Shown: in pieces, positions 12,101-27,100 of the stretch | Position numbering within the stretch: the stretch's first letter is position 1 | Layout: the number at the start of each line of letters is the position of its first letter | DNA from: Balanoglossus misakiensis | Taxonomy: Eukaryota; Animalia; Hemichordata | Length of the DNA: 64,000 nt | Direction of reading: 5' to 3' | Assembly (NCBI GenBank): GCA_040954595.2 | Contig: CM082578.2 | Span: 153,740 to 217,739, forward strand | Notes under the pieces: model-generated | Told to the model about the DNA's origin: nothing | The model's database searches: none | What the model saw: only the letters and a program-made list of their open reading frames with translations | Program-made: the position numbers and the translations under genes

Positions 12101-15100
12101 TTTCTGCTCTAGAGTGTCAGGGCTTTAGCAAAGCCATGCCGTAGGAAATCTGACTTGATCAACGTTGCTAACGAACGCTAGTGTCTGTCATAGTGTGCCG
12201 GGGTTTTAGTCGAGCCAAGCCGTAGGAGATCAGACTTGATCAACGTGGTCTCTGTACGCGTGTTTCTGCTCTAGAGTGCCGGGGCTTTATCCAACCCATG
12301 CCGTTGAAAATCTGACTTGATCACCGTTGCTAACGTACGCTAGTGTCTGTCCTATTGTGACGAGATTTAGCCGAGCCAGGCCGTAGAAAAATCGACTTGT
12401 TCAGCGTTATCAGTGTGCAACTGTTTCTGCTCTAGAGTGTCAGGGTTTTAGCCGACTTATGCTGTAGGAAATCTGAGTTGATGAACGGGAATTCAATGTT
12501 AGAAAACCCGTGTGGAAAGTATCTCTACCCGTTTGAAACTAAGAAAAGAATTTATTCTTATTTATTTTTTAAAAAAGACAATTTTTCGAAAACAAGTCGA
12601 AAATGGTAATTTTGTCTTGGGTGATTCAAATTATACCACATTTTCTGGAATTTGCAGCACTTTTTACAAGAGAACGACACTTCATGCTCCATAATATTTC
12701 CGAAAATGAAGAAAAGAGTTTATTTTTTATGATTTTTTAAAAATGTACCATTTTGTCAAAATATGGCCAAAATGGCTATTTTTTCTTGAATTCCGTCAAT
12801 ATCTCTGCATTTTTGGAGTGGTGGAAAGTTTTAACATACAATCAACATGTCATATATGATCAGGGCACCAAATTCGAAGAACGAAAGTTTTTTTATTTTA
12901 TTTTTCTAAAAATGACATTTTCAAGGAAAATTTGGTAAAACGCAATTTTGTATGCAGTAAGCCAAATTAGACGGTCTTTTGTGGAATTTGTATCGATATA
13001 TATATACGAAGAGCATTCTATACTCCATCAGATTTCCGAAAATGTAGAAAACAGGTATTTTTTGTAATTTTCAAAAATTTACCATTTTGACCAAATTGTG
13101 GTTAAAATTGTTATTTTCGTGTTGAATGCCGCCAGTGTCACTGCTTTTAAAAGTCATAAAAACTTTTAACATGCAAGCAATTGCTTATATATGATCAGGC
13201 CACCGAATTAAAAAAATAAAGAATGTTTTGCCTAAAAATGACCTTTTTGGTGCAAAAACGAATAAAACGCAATTTTTGTATTAAATCAGCTCATTCAGAG
13301 TGCATTTTTTATAATCAGCACCATTTTTACATATATTGGAAATTTCATACATCATCAGATATCCAAATATGAAAAAATGATTTAGATTTTAGATGATTGT
13401 CTAAAATTAGCTGATATCTAATAAATGTAGTATTGAACCGTTCTGTCCCCCCCCCCCCTACATTATATGCGGTACGCCGATGTCAGCTTACCCGGCAGTA
13501 CTGCAGGCCGTGCCCCCAAATAACGTCGGTGTTTGAAACGCCCTGGTTAAATTCGGGCTTTCTCTATAAATTGACAGGCAATAATGCAGTCCTACCCGAA
13601 CAAATGTCGAGTGTTGACCCGCTGTGACTTTCCCTCTTCGGTTTGCCCGACTTAGCCAACGTCTCTGTACTAATGTGTCGGGTCTTTTGCAGAGCCAGGC
13701 CGAAGGAAATCCGACTTGATCACCGTTGCTAACGAACGCTAGTGTCTGTCATGGTGTGCCGGGGTTTTAGTCGAGCCAGGCCGTAGGAGATCTGACTTGA
13801 TCATCGTGGTCAATGTACGCGTGTTTCCGCTCTGAAGTGCCGGGGCTTCAGCTAAACCATGCCGTAGGAAATCCGACGTAATCACCGTTGATAACTTACG
13901 CCAGTCTGTGTCATATAGAGCCGGTGCACCAGCCGAGTCACGCCGTAGGAAATCTGACTTGATCAACGTGGTCACTGTACGCCTGTTTCTGCTCTAGAGT
14001 GCCGGGGCTTCATCTGAGCCAGGCCGTAGGAAACCCGACGTGATTACCGTTGTTAACTTACGCCAGTCTGTGTCCTATATATAGTGCCGGGGCATCAGCC
14101 GTGCCAGGCCGAAGGAAATGTGAGTAGATCAACGTGGTCTCTGTACGCGTGTTTCTGCTCTAGAGTGCCGGGGCTTTATCCAAGCCATGCCGTAGAAAAT
14201 CTGACTTGATCACCGTTGCTAACGTACGATAGTGTCTGTCATATTGTGACGGAGATTTAGCCGAGCCAGGCCGTAGAAAAATCGACTTGTTCAACGTTAC
14301 CAGTGTGCAACTGTTTCTGCTCTAAAGTCTCAGGGTTTTAGCCGACTTATGCTGTAGGAAATCTGAGTTGATGAACGGGAATTCAATGTTAGAAAACCCG
14401 TGTAGAAAGTATCTCTACCCGTTTGAAACTAAGAAAAGAATTTATTCTTATTTTTTATCTAAAAATGACATTTTCAAGGAAAATTTGGTAAAACGCAATT
14501 TTGTCTGCAGTGAGCCAAATTAGATTGTCTTTTGTGGAATTTGTATCGATATATACATACGAAGAGCATTCCATACTCCATCAGATTTCCGAAAATGTAG
14601 AAAACAGGTATTTTTTGTAATTTTCAAAAATTTACCATTTTGACCAAATTATGGCTAAAATTGTTATTTTCGTGTTGAATGCCGCCAGTGTCACTGCTTT
14701 TAAAAGTCATAAAAACTTTTAACATACAAGCAATTGTTTATATATGATCAGGTCACCGAATTAAAAAAAATAAAGAATGTTTGGCCTAAAAATGACCTTT
14801 TTGGCGCAAAAACGAATAAAACGCAATTTTGTATTAAATAACCTCATTCAGAGTGCATTTTTTTATAATCAGCACCATTTTTACATATAATGGAAATTTC
14901 ATACATCACCAGATATCCAAATATGAAAAAATGATTTAGATTTTAGATGATTGTCCAAAATTAGCTGATATATAATAAATGTAGTATTGAACCGTTCTGT
15001 TCCCCCCCCCCTCCCCTACATTATATGCGGTACGCCGATGTCAGCTTACCCGGCAGTACTGCAGGCCGTGCCCCCACCTAACGTCGGTGTTTGAAACGCC

Positions 15101-17999
15101 CTGGTTAAATTCGGGCTTTCTCTATAAATTGACAGGCAATAATGCAGTCCTACCCGAACAAATGTCGAGTGTTGACACGCTGTGACTTTCCCTCTTCGGT
15201 TTGCCCGACTTAGCCGACGTCTTTGTACTAGAGTGTCGGGTCTTTTGCAGAGCCAGGCCGAAGGAAATCCGACTTGATCACCGTTGCTAACGAACGCTAG
15301 TGTCTGTCATGGTGTGCCGGTGTTTTAGTCGAGCCAGGCCGTAGGAGATCTGACTTGATCATCGTGGTCAATGTACGCGTGTTTCCGCTCTAAAGTGCCG
15401 GGGCTTCAGCTAAACCAGGCCGTAGGAAATCCGACGTAATCACCGTTGATAACTTACGCCAGTCTGTGTCATATAGAGCCGGTGCACCAGCCGAGTCACG
15501 CCGTAGGAAATCTGACTTGATCAACGTGGTCAATGTACGCCTGTTTCTGCTCTAGAGTGCCGGGGCTTCAGCTGAGCCAGGCCGTAGGAAACCCGACGTG
15601 ATTACCGTTGTTAACTTACGCCAGTCTGTGTCCTATATATAGTGCCGGGGCATCAGCCGTGCCAGGCCGAAGGAAATGTGAGTAGATCAACGTGGTCTCT
15701 GTACGCGTGTTTCTGCTCTAGAGTGTCAGGGCTTTAGCAAAGCCATGCCGTAGGAAATCTGACTTGATCAACGTTGCTAGCGAACGCTAGTGTCTGTCAT
15801 AGTGTGCCGGGGTTTTAGTCGAGCCAAGCCGTAGGAGATCAGACTTGATCAACGTGGTCTCTGTACGCGTGTTTCTGCTCTAGAGTGCCGGGGCTTTATC
15901 CAACCCATGCCGTTGAAAATCTGACTTGATCACCGTTGCTAACGTACGCTAGTGTCTGTCATATTGTGACGAGATTTAGCCGAGCCAGGCCGTAGAAAAA
16001 TCGACTTGTTCAACGTTATCAGTGTGCAACTGTTTCTGCTCTAGAGTGTCAGGGTTTTAGCCGACTTATGCTGTAGGAAATCTGAGTTGATGAACGGGAA
16101 TTCAATGTTAGAAAACCCGTGTGGAAAGTATCTCTACCCGTTTGAAACTAAGAAAAGAATTTATTCTTATTTATTTTGTAAAAAAGACAATTTTTCGAAA
16201 AAAAGTTGAAAATGGTAATTTTGTCTTGGGTGATTCAAATTATACCACATTTTCTGGAATTTGCAGCACTTTTTACAAGAGAACGACACTTCATGCTCCA
16301 TAATATTTCCGAAAATGAAGAAAAGAGTTTATTTTTTATGATTTTTTAAAAATGTACCATTTTGTCAAAATATGGCCAAAATGGCTATTTTTTCTTGAAT
16401 TCCGTCAATATCTCTGCATTTTTGGAGTGGTCGAAAGTTTTAACATACAATCAACATGTCATATATGATCAGGGCACCAAATTCGAAGAACGAAGGTTTT
16501 TTTATTTTATTTTTCTAAAAATGACATTTTCAAGAAAAATTTGGTAAAACGCAATTTTGTCTGCAGTGAGCCAAATTAGACGGTCTTTTGTGGAATTTGT
16601 ATCGATATATATATACGAAGAGCATTCTATACTCCATCAGATTTCCGAAAATGTAGAAAACAGGTATTTTTTGTAATTTTCAAAAATTTACCATTTTGAC
16701 CAAATTGTGGTTAAAATTGTTATTTTCGTGTTAAATGCCGCCAGTGTCACTGCTTTTAAAAGTCATAAAAACTTTTAACATGCAAGCAATTGCTTATATA
16801 TGATCAGGCCACCGAATTAAAAAAATAAAGAATGTTTTGCCTAAAAATGACCTTTTTGGTGCAAAAACGAATAAAACGCAATTTTGTATTAAATCAGCTC
16901 ATTCAGAGTGCATTTTTTATAATCAGCACCATTTTTACATATATTGGAAATTTCATACATCATCAGATATCCAAATATGAAAAAATGATTTAGATTTTAG
17001 ATGATTGTCCAAAATTAGCTGATATCTAATAAATGTAGTATTGAACCGTTCTGTCCCCCCCCCCCTACATTATATGCGGTACGCCGATGTCAGCTTACCC
17101 GGCAGTACTGCAGGCCGTGCCCCCAAATAACGTCGGTGTTTGAAACGCCCTGGTTAAATTCGGGCTTTCTCTATAAATTGACAGGCAATAATACAGTCCT
17201 ACCCGAACAAATGTCGAGTGTTGACCCGCTGTGACTTTCCCTCTTCGGTTTGACCGACTTAGCCAACGTCTTTGTACTAATGTGTCGGGTCTTTTGCAGA
17301 GCCAGGCCGAAGGAAATCCGACTTGATCACCGTTGCTAACGAACGCTAGTGTCTGTCATGGTGTGCCGGGGTTTTAGTCGAGCCAGGCCGTAAGAGATCT
17401 GACTTGATCATCGTGGTCAATGTACGCGTGTTTCCGCTCTAAAGTGCCGGGGCTTCAGCTAAACCATGCCGTAGGAAATCCGACGTAATCACCGTTGATA
17501 ACTTACGCCAGTCTGTGTCATATAGAGCCGGTGCACCAGCCGAGTCACGCCGTAGGAAATGTGACTTGATCAACGTGGTCAATGTACGCCTGTTTCTGCT
17601 CTAGAGTGCCGGGGCTTCAGCTGAGCCAGGCCGTAGGAAACCCGACGTGATTACCGTTGTTAACTTACGCCAGTCTGTGTCCTATATATAGTGCCGGGGC
17701 ATCAGCCGTGCCAGGCCGAAGGAAATGTGAGTAGATCAACGTGGTCTCTGTACGCGTGTTTCTGCTCTAGAGTGTCAGGGCTTTAGCAAAGCCATGCCGT
17801 AGGAAATCTGACTTGATCAACGTTGCTAACGAACGCTAGTGTCTGTCATAGTGTGCCGGGGTTTTAGTCGAGCCAAGCCGTAGGAGATCAGACTTGATCA
17901 ACGTGGTCTCTGTACGCGTGTTTCTGCTCTTGAGTGCCGGGGCTTTATCCAAGCCATGCCGTAGAAAATCTGACTTGATCAACGTTGCTAACGAACGCT

Positions 18000-18186
18000 C
18001 AATATTTTTAAGCGTAATTTGAAAACATACCTTTTTACTCGGTTTTATGTGTAACGTGTTCGATTGTGTCCTTTTAACTATTTTTACCAGCCTTGTATTT
18101 TTTAATCTACCGTTTTAGCTGTGCACAATGCGCTGAGACGTATGTGTAGCGCATTTTAAACAATTCTTAATAATAATAATAATAAT
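18000..18186 (+). mobile_element. 5'-truncated L2/CR1-group LINE 3' end with (TAA)n tail
   Basis: Foreign sequence flanked by AACGCT at 17994-17999 and 18187-18192. 18001-18054 reads NIFKRNLKTYLFTRFYV*, matching the FKxxLKTxLF C-terminus of L2-type ORF2. There is a stem AATGCGCT/AGCGCATT (18127-18134/18148-18155) and a tail of about 7 TAA copies. Confidence 0.85.
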
Positions 18187-21100
18187 AACGCTAGTGTCTG
18201 TCATAGTGTGCCGGGGTTTTAGTCGAGCCAAGCCGTAGGAGATCAGACTTCATCAACGTGGTCTCTGTACGCGTGTTTCTGCTCTAGAGTGCCGGGGCTT
18301 TATCCAAGCCATGCCGTAGAAAATCTGACTTGATCACCGTTGCTAACGTACGCTAGTGTCTGTCATATTGTGACGGAGATTTAGCCGAGCCAGGCCGTAG
18401 AAAAATCGACTTGTTCAACGTTACCAGTGTGCAACTGTTTCTGCTCTAGAGTGTCAGGGTTTTAGCTGACTTATGCTGTAGGAAATCTGAGTTGATGAAC
18501 GGGAATTCAATGTTAGAAAACCCGTGTGGAAAGTATCTCTTCCCGTTTGAAACTAAGAAAAGAATTTATTCTTATTTATTTTGTTAAAAAGACAATTTTT
18601 CGAAAAAAAGTCGAAAATGGTAATTTTGTCTTGGGTGATTCAAATTATACCACCTTTTCTGGAATTAGCAGCACTTTTTACAAGAGAACGACACTTCATG
18701 CTCCATAATATTTCCGAAAATGAAGAAAATAGTTAATGTTTTATGATTTTTTAAAAATTTACCATTTTTGTCAAAATATGGCCAAAATGGCTATTTTTTC
18801 TTGAATTCCGTCAATATCTCTGCATTTTTGGAGTGGTCGAAAGTTTTAACATACAATCAACATGTCATATATGATCAGGGCACCACATTTGAAGAACAAA
18901 GGTTTTTTTATTTTTTTTTCTAAAAATGACATTTTAAAGGAAAATTTGGTAAAACGCAATTTTGTCTGCAGTGAGCCAAATTAGACGGTCTTTTGTGGAA
19001 TTTGTATCGATATATACATACGAAGAGCATTCTATACTCCATCAGATTTCCAAAAATGTAGAAAACAGGTATTTTTTGTAATTTTCAAAAATTTACCATT
19101 TTGACCAAATTGTGGCTAAAATTGTTATTTTCGTGTTGAATGCCGCCAGTGTCACTGCTTTTAAAAGTCATAAAAACTTTTAACATACAAGCAATTGTTT
19201 ATATATGATCAGGTCACCGAATTAAAAAAATAAAGAATGTTTTGCCTAAAAATGACCTTTTTGGTGCAAAAACGAATAAAACGCAATCTTGTATTAAATC
19301 AGTTCATTCAGAGTGCATGTTTTATAATAAGCACCAATTTTACATATAATGGAAATTTCATACATCATCAGATATCCAAATATGAAAAAATGATTTAGAT
19401 TTTAGATGATTGTCCAAAATTAGCTGATATCTAATAAATGTAGTATTGAACCGTTCTGCCCCCCCCCCCCCCCCCTTACATTATATGCGGTACGCCGATG
19501 TCAGCTTACCCGGCAGTACTGTAGGCCGTGCCCCCAACAAACGTCGGTGTTTGAAACGCCCTGGTTAAATTCGGGCTCTCTCTATAAATCGACAGGCAAT
19601 AATGCAGTCCTACCGGAACAAATGTCAAGTGTTGAACCGCTGTGACTTTCCCTGTTCGGTTTGCCCGACTTAGCCAACGTCTTTGTACTAGAGTGTCGGG
19701 TCTTTTGCAGAGCCAGGCCGAAGGAAATCCGACTTGATCACCGTTGCTAACGAACGCTAGTGTCTGTCATGGTGTGCCGGGGTTTTAGTCGAGCCAGGCC
19801 GTAGGAGATCTGACTTGATCATCGTGGTCAATGTACGCGTGTTTCCGCTCTAAAGTGCCGGGGCTTCAGCTAAACCAGGCCGTAGGAAATCCGACGTAAT
19901 CACCGTTGATAACTTACGCCAGTCTGTGTCATATAGAGCCGGTGCACCAGCCGAGTCACGCCGTAGGAAATCTGACTTGATCAACGTGGTCAATGTACGC
20001 CTGTTTCTGCTCTAGAGTGCCGGGGCTTCAGCTGAGCCAGGCCGTAAGAAAACCCGACGTGATTACCGTTGTTAACTTACGCCAGTCTGTGTCCTATATA
20101 TAGTGCCGGGGCATCAGCCGTGCCAGGCCGAAGGAAATGTGAGTAGATCAACGTGGTCTCTGTACGCGTGTTTCTGCTCTAGAGTGCCGGGGCTTTATCC
20201 AAGCCATGCCGTAGAAAATCTGACTTGATCACCGTTGCTAACGAACGCTAGTGTCTGTCATAGTGTGCCGGGGTTTTAGTCGAGCCAAGCCGTAGGAGAT
20301 CAGACTTGATCAACGTGGTCTCTGTACGCGTGTTTCTGCTCTAGAGTGCCGGGGCTTTATCCAAGCCATGCCGTAGAAAATCTGACTTGATCACCGTTGC
20401 TAACGTACGCTAGTGTCTGTCATATTGTGACGGAGATTTAGCCGAGCCAGGTCGTAGAAAAATCGACTTGTTCAACGTTACCAGTGTGCAACTGTTTCTG
20501 CTCTAGAGTGTCAGGGTTTTAGCCGACTTTTGCTGTAGGAAATCTGAGTTGATGAACGGGAATTCAATGTTAGAAAACCCGTGTGGAAAGTATCTCTACC
20601 CGTTTGAAACTAAGAAAAGAATTTATTCTTATTTATTTTGTAAAAAAAGACAATTTTTCGAAAAAAAGTTGAAAATGGTAATTTTGTCTTGGGTGATTCA
20701 AATTATACCGCCTTTTCTGGAATTTGCAGCACTTTTTGCAAGAGAACGACACTTCATGCTCCATAATATTTCCGAAAATGAAGAAAAGAGTTAATTTTTT
20801 ATGATTTTTCAAAAATTTACCATTTTTGTCAAAATATGGCGAAAATGGCTATTTTTCTTGAATTCCGTCAATATCTCTGCATTTTTGGAGTGGTCGAGAG
20901 TTTTAACATACAATCAACATGTCATATATGATCAGGGCACCAAATTCGAAGTACAAAGGTTTTTTTATTTTTTTTTCTAAAAATGACATTTTCAAGGAAA
21001 ATTTGGTAAAACGCAATTTTGTCTGCAGTGAGTCAAATTAGACGGTCTTTTGTGGAATTTGTATCGATATATACATACGAAGAGCATTCTATACTCCATC

Positions 21101-24100
21101 AGATTTCCGAAAATGTAGAAAACAGGTATTTTTTGTAATTTTCAAAAATTTACCATTTTGACCAAATTGTGGCTAAAATTGTTATTTTCGTGTTGAATGC
21201 CGCCAGTGTCACTGCTTTTAAAAGTCATAAAAACTTTTAACATACAAGCAATTGTTTATATATGATCAGGTCACCGAATTAAAAATATAAAGAATGTTTT
21301 GCCTAAAAATGACCTTTTTGGTGCAAAAACGAATAAAACGCAATCTTGTTTTAAATCAGTTCATTCAGAGTGCATGTTTTATAATAAGCACCATTTTTAC
21401 ATATAATGGAAATTTCATACATCATCAGATATCCAAATATGAAAAAATGATTTAGATTTTAGATGATTGTCCAAAATTAGCTGATATCTAATAAATGTAG
21501 TATTGAACCGTTCTGTCCCCCCCCCCCTACATTATATGCGGTACGCCGATGTCAGCTTACCCGGCAGTACTGCAGGCCGTGCCCCCAAATAACGTCGGTG
21601 TTTGAAACGCCCTGGTTAAATTCGGGCTTTCTCTATAAATTGACAGGCAATAATGCAGTCCTACCCGAACAAATGTCGAGTGTTGACCCGCTGTGACTTT
21701 CCCTCTTCGGTTTGCCCGACTTAGCCAACGTCTTTGTACTAATGTGTCGGGTCTTTTGAAGAGCCAGGCCGAAGGAAATCCGACTTGATCACCGTTGCTA
21801 ACGAACGCTAGTGTCTGTCATGGTGTGCCGGGGTTTTAGTCGAGCCAGGCCGTAGGAGATCTGACTTGATCATCGCGGTCAATGTACGCGTGTTTCCGCT
21901 CTAAAGTGCCGGGGCTTCAGCTAAACCATGCCGTAGGAAATCCGGCGTAATCACCGTTGATAACTCACGCCAGTCTGTGTCATATAGAGCCGGTGCACCA
22001 GCCGAGTCACGCCGTAGGAAATCTGACTTGATCAACGTGGTCAATGTACGCCTGTTTCTGCTCTAAAGTGCCGGGGCTTTAGCTAAACCATGCCGTAGGA
22101 AATCCGACGTAATCACCGTTGATAACTTACGCCAGTCTGTGTCATATAGAGCCGGTGCACCAGCCGAGTCACGCCGTAGGAAATCTGACTTGATCAACGT
22201 GGTCAATGTACGCCTGTTTCTGCTCTAGAGTGCCGGGGCTTCAGCTGAGCCAGGCCGTAGGAAACCCGACGTGATTACCGTTGTTAACTTACGCCAGTCT
22301 GTGTCCTATATATAGTGCCGGGGCATCAGCCGTGCCAGGCCGAAGGAAATGTGAGTAGATCAACGTGGTCTCTGTACGCGTGTTTCTGCTCTAGAGTGTC
22401 AGGGCTTTAGCAAAGCCATGCCGTAGGAAATCTGACTTGATCAACGTTGCTAACGAACGCTAGTGTCTGTCATAGTGTGCCGGGGTTTTAGTCGAGCCAA
22501 GCCGTAGGAGATCAGACTTGATCAACGTGGTCTCTGTACGCGTGTTTCTGCTCTAGAGTGCCGGGGCTTTATCCAACCCATGCCGTTGAAAATCTGACTT
22601 GATCACCGTTGCTAACGTACGCTAGTGTCTGTCATATTGTGACGAGATTTAGCCGAGCCAGGCCGTAGAAAAATCGACTTGTTCAACGTTATCAGTGTGC
22701 AACTGTTTCTGCTCTAGAGTGTCAGGGTTTTAGCCGACTTATGCTGTAGGAAATCTGAGTTGATGAACGGGAATTCAATGTTAGAAAACCCGTGTGGAAA
22801 GTATCTCTACCCGTTTGAAACTAAGAAAAGAATTTATTCTTATTTATTTTTTAAAAAAGACAATTTTTCGAAAACAAGTCGAAAATGGTAATTTTGTCTT
22901 GGGTGATTCAAATTATACCACATTTTCTGGAATTTGCAGCACTTTTTACAAGAGAACGACACTTCATGCTCCATAATATTTCCGAAAATGAAGAAAAGAG
23001 TTTATTTTTTATGATTTTTTAAAAATGTACCATTTTGTCAAAATATGACCAAAATGGCTATTTTTTCTTGAATTCCGTCAATATCTCTGCATTTTTGGAG
23101 TGGTGGAAAGTTTTAACATACAATCAGCATGTCATATATGATCAGGGCACCAAATTCGAAGAACGAAGGTTTTTTTATTTTATTTTTCTAAAAATGACAT
23201 TTTCAAGGAAAATTTGGTAAAACGCAATTTTGTCTGCAGTGAGCCAAATTAGACGGTCTTTTGTGGAATTTGTATCGATATATACATACGAAGAGCATTC
23301 TATACTCCATCAGATTTCCGAAAATGTAGAAAACAGGTATTTTTTGTAATTTTCAAAAATTTACCATTTTGACCGAATTGTGGCTAAAATTGTTATTAAA
23401 GTGTTGAATGCCGCCAGTGTCACTGCTTTTAAAAGTCATAAAAACTTTTAACATACAAGCAATTGTTTATATATGATAAGGTCACCGAATTAAAAAAATA
23501 AAGAATGTTTTGACTAAAAATGACCTTTTTGGTGCAAAAACGAATAAAACGCAATTTTGTATTAAATCAGCTCATTCAGAGTGCATTTTTATAATCAGCA
23601 CCATTTTTACATATAATGGAAATTTCATACATCATCAGATATCCAAATATGAAAAGATGATTTACATTTTAGATGATTGTCAAAAATTAGCTGATATCTG
23701 ATAAATGTAGTATTGAACCGTTCTGTTCCCCCCTACATTATATGCGGTACGCTGATGTCAGCTTACCCGGCAGTACTGCAGGCCGTGCCCCCAACTAACG
23801 TCGGTGTTTGAAACGCCCTGGTTAAATTCGGGCTTTCTCTATAAATTGACAGGCAATAATGCAGTCCTACCGGAACAAATGTCGAGTGTTGACCCGCTGT
23901 GACTTTCCCTGTTCGGTTTGCCCGACTTAGCCAACGTCTTTGTACTAGAGTGTCGGGTCTTTTGCAGAGCCAGGCCGAAGGAAATCCGACTTGATCACCG
24001 TTGCTAACGAACGCTAGTGTCTGTCATGGTGTGCCGGGGTTTTAGTCGAGCCAGGCCGTAGGAGATCTGACTTGATCATCGTGGTCAATGTACGCGTGTT

Positions 24101-27100
24101 TCCGCTCTAAAGGGCCGGGGCTTCAGCTAAACCAGGCCGTAGGAAATCCGACGTAATCACCGTTGATAACTTACGCCAGTCTGTGTCATATAGAGCCGAT
24201 GCACCAGCCGAGTCACGCCGTAGGAAATCTTACTTGATCAACGTGGTCAATGTACGCCTGTTTCTGCTCTAGAGTGCCGGGGCTTCAGCTGAGCCAGGCC
24301 GTGGGAAATGTGAGTAGATCAACGTGGTCTCTGTACGCGTGTTTCTGCTCTAGAGTGCCAGGGCTTTAGCCAAGCCATGCCGTAGGAAATCTGACTTGAT
24401 CAACGTTGCTAACGAACGCTAATGTCTGTCATAGTGTGCCGGGGTTTTAGTCGAGCAAAGCCGTAGGAGATCAGACTTGATCAACGTGGTCTCTGTACGC
24501 GTGTTTCTGCTCTAGAGTGCCGGGGCTTTATCCAAGCCATGCCGCAGATTTGCTAACGTACCCTAGTGTCTGTCATATTGTGACGGAGATTTAGCCGAGC
24601 CAGGCCGTAGAAAAATCGACTTGTTCAACGTTACCAGTGTGCAACTGTTTCTGCTCTAAAGTCTCAGGGTTTTAGCCGACTTATGCTGTAGGAAATCTGA
24701 GTTGATGAACGGGAATTCAATGTTAGAAAACCCGTGTGGAAAGTATCTCTACCCGTTTGAAACTAAGAAAAGAATTTATTCTTATTTATTTTGTAAAAAA
24801 GACAATTTTTCGAAAAAAAGTCGAAAAATTGCAATTTTGTCTTGGGTGATTCAAATTATACCGCCTTTTCTGGAATTTGCAGCACTTTTTACAAGAGAAC
24901 GACACTTCATGCTCCATAATATTTCCGAAAATGAAGAAAAGAGTTAATTTTTTATGATTTTTCAAAAATTTACCATTTTTGTCAAAATATGGCCAAAATG
25001 GCTATTTTTCTTGAATTCCGTCAATATCTCAGCATTTTTGGAGTGGTCGAGAGTTTTAACATACAATCAACATGTCATATATGAGCAGGGCACCAAATTC
25101 GAAGAACAAAGGTTTTTTTTTTTTTTTTCTAAAAATGACATTTTCAAGGAAAATTTGGTAAAACGCAATTTTGTCTGCAGTGAGCCAAATTAGACGGTCT
25201 TTTGTGGAATTTAACGATATATACATACGAAGAGCATTCTACACTCCATCAGATTTCCGAAAATGTAGAAAACAGGTATTTTTTGTAAATTTCAAAAATT
25301 TACCATTTTGACTAAATTGTGGCTAAAATTGTTATTTTCGTGTTGAATGCCGCCAGTGTCACTGCTTTTAAAAGTCATAATAACTTTTAACATACAAGCA
25401 ATAGTTTATATATGATCAGGTCACCGAATTAAAAAAATAAAGAATGTTTTGCCTAAAAATGACCTTTTTGGTGCAAAAACGAATAAAACGCAATCTTGTA
25501 TTAAATCAGTTCATTCAGAGTGCATGTTTTATAATAAGCACCATTTTTACATATAATGGAAATTTCATACATCATCAGATATCCAAATATGAAAAAATGA
25601 TTTAGATTTTAGATGATTGTCCAAAATTAGCTGATATCTAATAAATGTAGTATTGAACCGTTCTGTCCCCCCCCCTTACATTATATGCGGTACGCCGATG
25701 TCAGCTTACCCGGCAGTACTGTAGGCCGTGCCCCCAACAAACGTCGGTGTTTGAAACGCCCTGGTTAAATTCGGGCTCTCTCTATAAATCGACAGGCAAT
25801 AATGCAGTCCTACCGGAACAAATGTCAAGTGTTGAACCGCTGTGACTTTCCCTGTTCGGTTTGCCCGACTTAGCCAACGTCTTTGTACTAGAGTGTCGGG
25901 TCTTTTGCAGAGCCAGGCCGAAGGAAATCCGACTTGATCACCGTTGCTAACGAACGCTAGTGTCTGTCATGGTGTGCCGGGGTTTTAGTCGAGCCAGGCC
26001 GTAGGAGATCTGACTTGATCATCGTGGTCAATGTACGCGTGTTTCCGCTCTAAAGTGCCGGGGCTTCAGCTAAACCAGGCTGTAGGAAATCCGACGTAAT
26101 CACCGTTGTTAACTTACGCCAGTCTGTGTCCTATATATAGTGCCGGGGCATCAGCCGTGCCAGGCCGAAGGAAATGTGAGTAGATCAACGTGGTCTCTGT
26201 ACGCGTGTTTCTGCTCTAGAGTGTCAGGGCTTTAGCAAAGCCATGCCGTAGGAAATCTGACTTGATCAACGTTGCTAACGAACGCTAGTGTCTGTCATAG
26301 TGTGCCGGGGTTTTAGTCGAGCCAAGCCGTAGGAGATCAGACTTGATCAACGTGGTCTCTGTACGCGTGTTTCTGCTCTAGAGTGCCGGGGCTTTATCCA
26401 ACCCATGCCGTTGAAAATCTGACTTGATCACCGTTGCTAACGTACGCTAGTGTCTGTCATATTGTGACGAGATTTAGCCGAGCCAGGCCGTAGAAAAATC
26501 GACTTGTTCAACGTTATCAGTGTGCAACTGTTTCTGCTCTAGAGTGCCAGGGCTTTAGCCAAGCCATGCCGTAGGAAATCTGACTTGATCAACGTTGCCA
26601 ACGAACGCTAGTGTCTGTCATAGTGTGCCGGGGTTTTAGTCGAGCCAAGCCGTAGGAGATCAGACTTGATCAACGTGGACTCTGTACGCGTGTTTCTGCT
26701 CTAGAGTGCCGGGGCTTTATCCAAGCCATGCCGTAGAAAATCTGACTTGATCACCGTTGCTAACGTACGCTAGTGTCTGTCATATTGTGACGGAGATTTA
26801 GCCGAGCCAGGCCGTAGAAAAATCGACTTGTTCAACGTTACCAGTGTGCAACTGTTTCTGCTCTAGAGTGTCAGGGTTTTAGCCGACTTATGCTGTAGGA
26901 AATCTGAGTTGATGAACGCGAATTCAATGTTAGAAAACCCGTGTGGAAAGTATCTCTACCCGTCTGAAACTAAGAAAAGAATTTATTCTTATTTATTTTG
27001 TAAAAAAGACAATTTTTCGAAAAAAAGTCGAAAAATTGCAATTTTGTCTTGGGTGATTCAAATTATACCGCCTTTTCTGGAATTTGCAGCACTTGTTACA

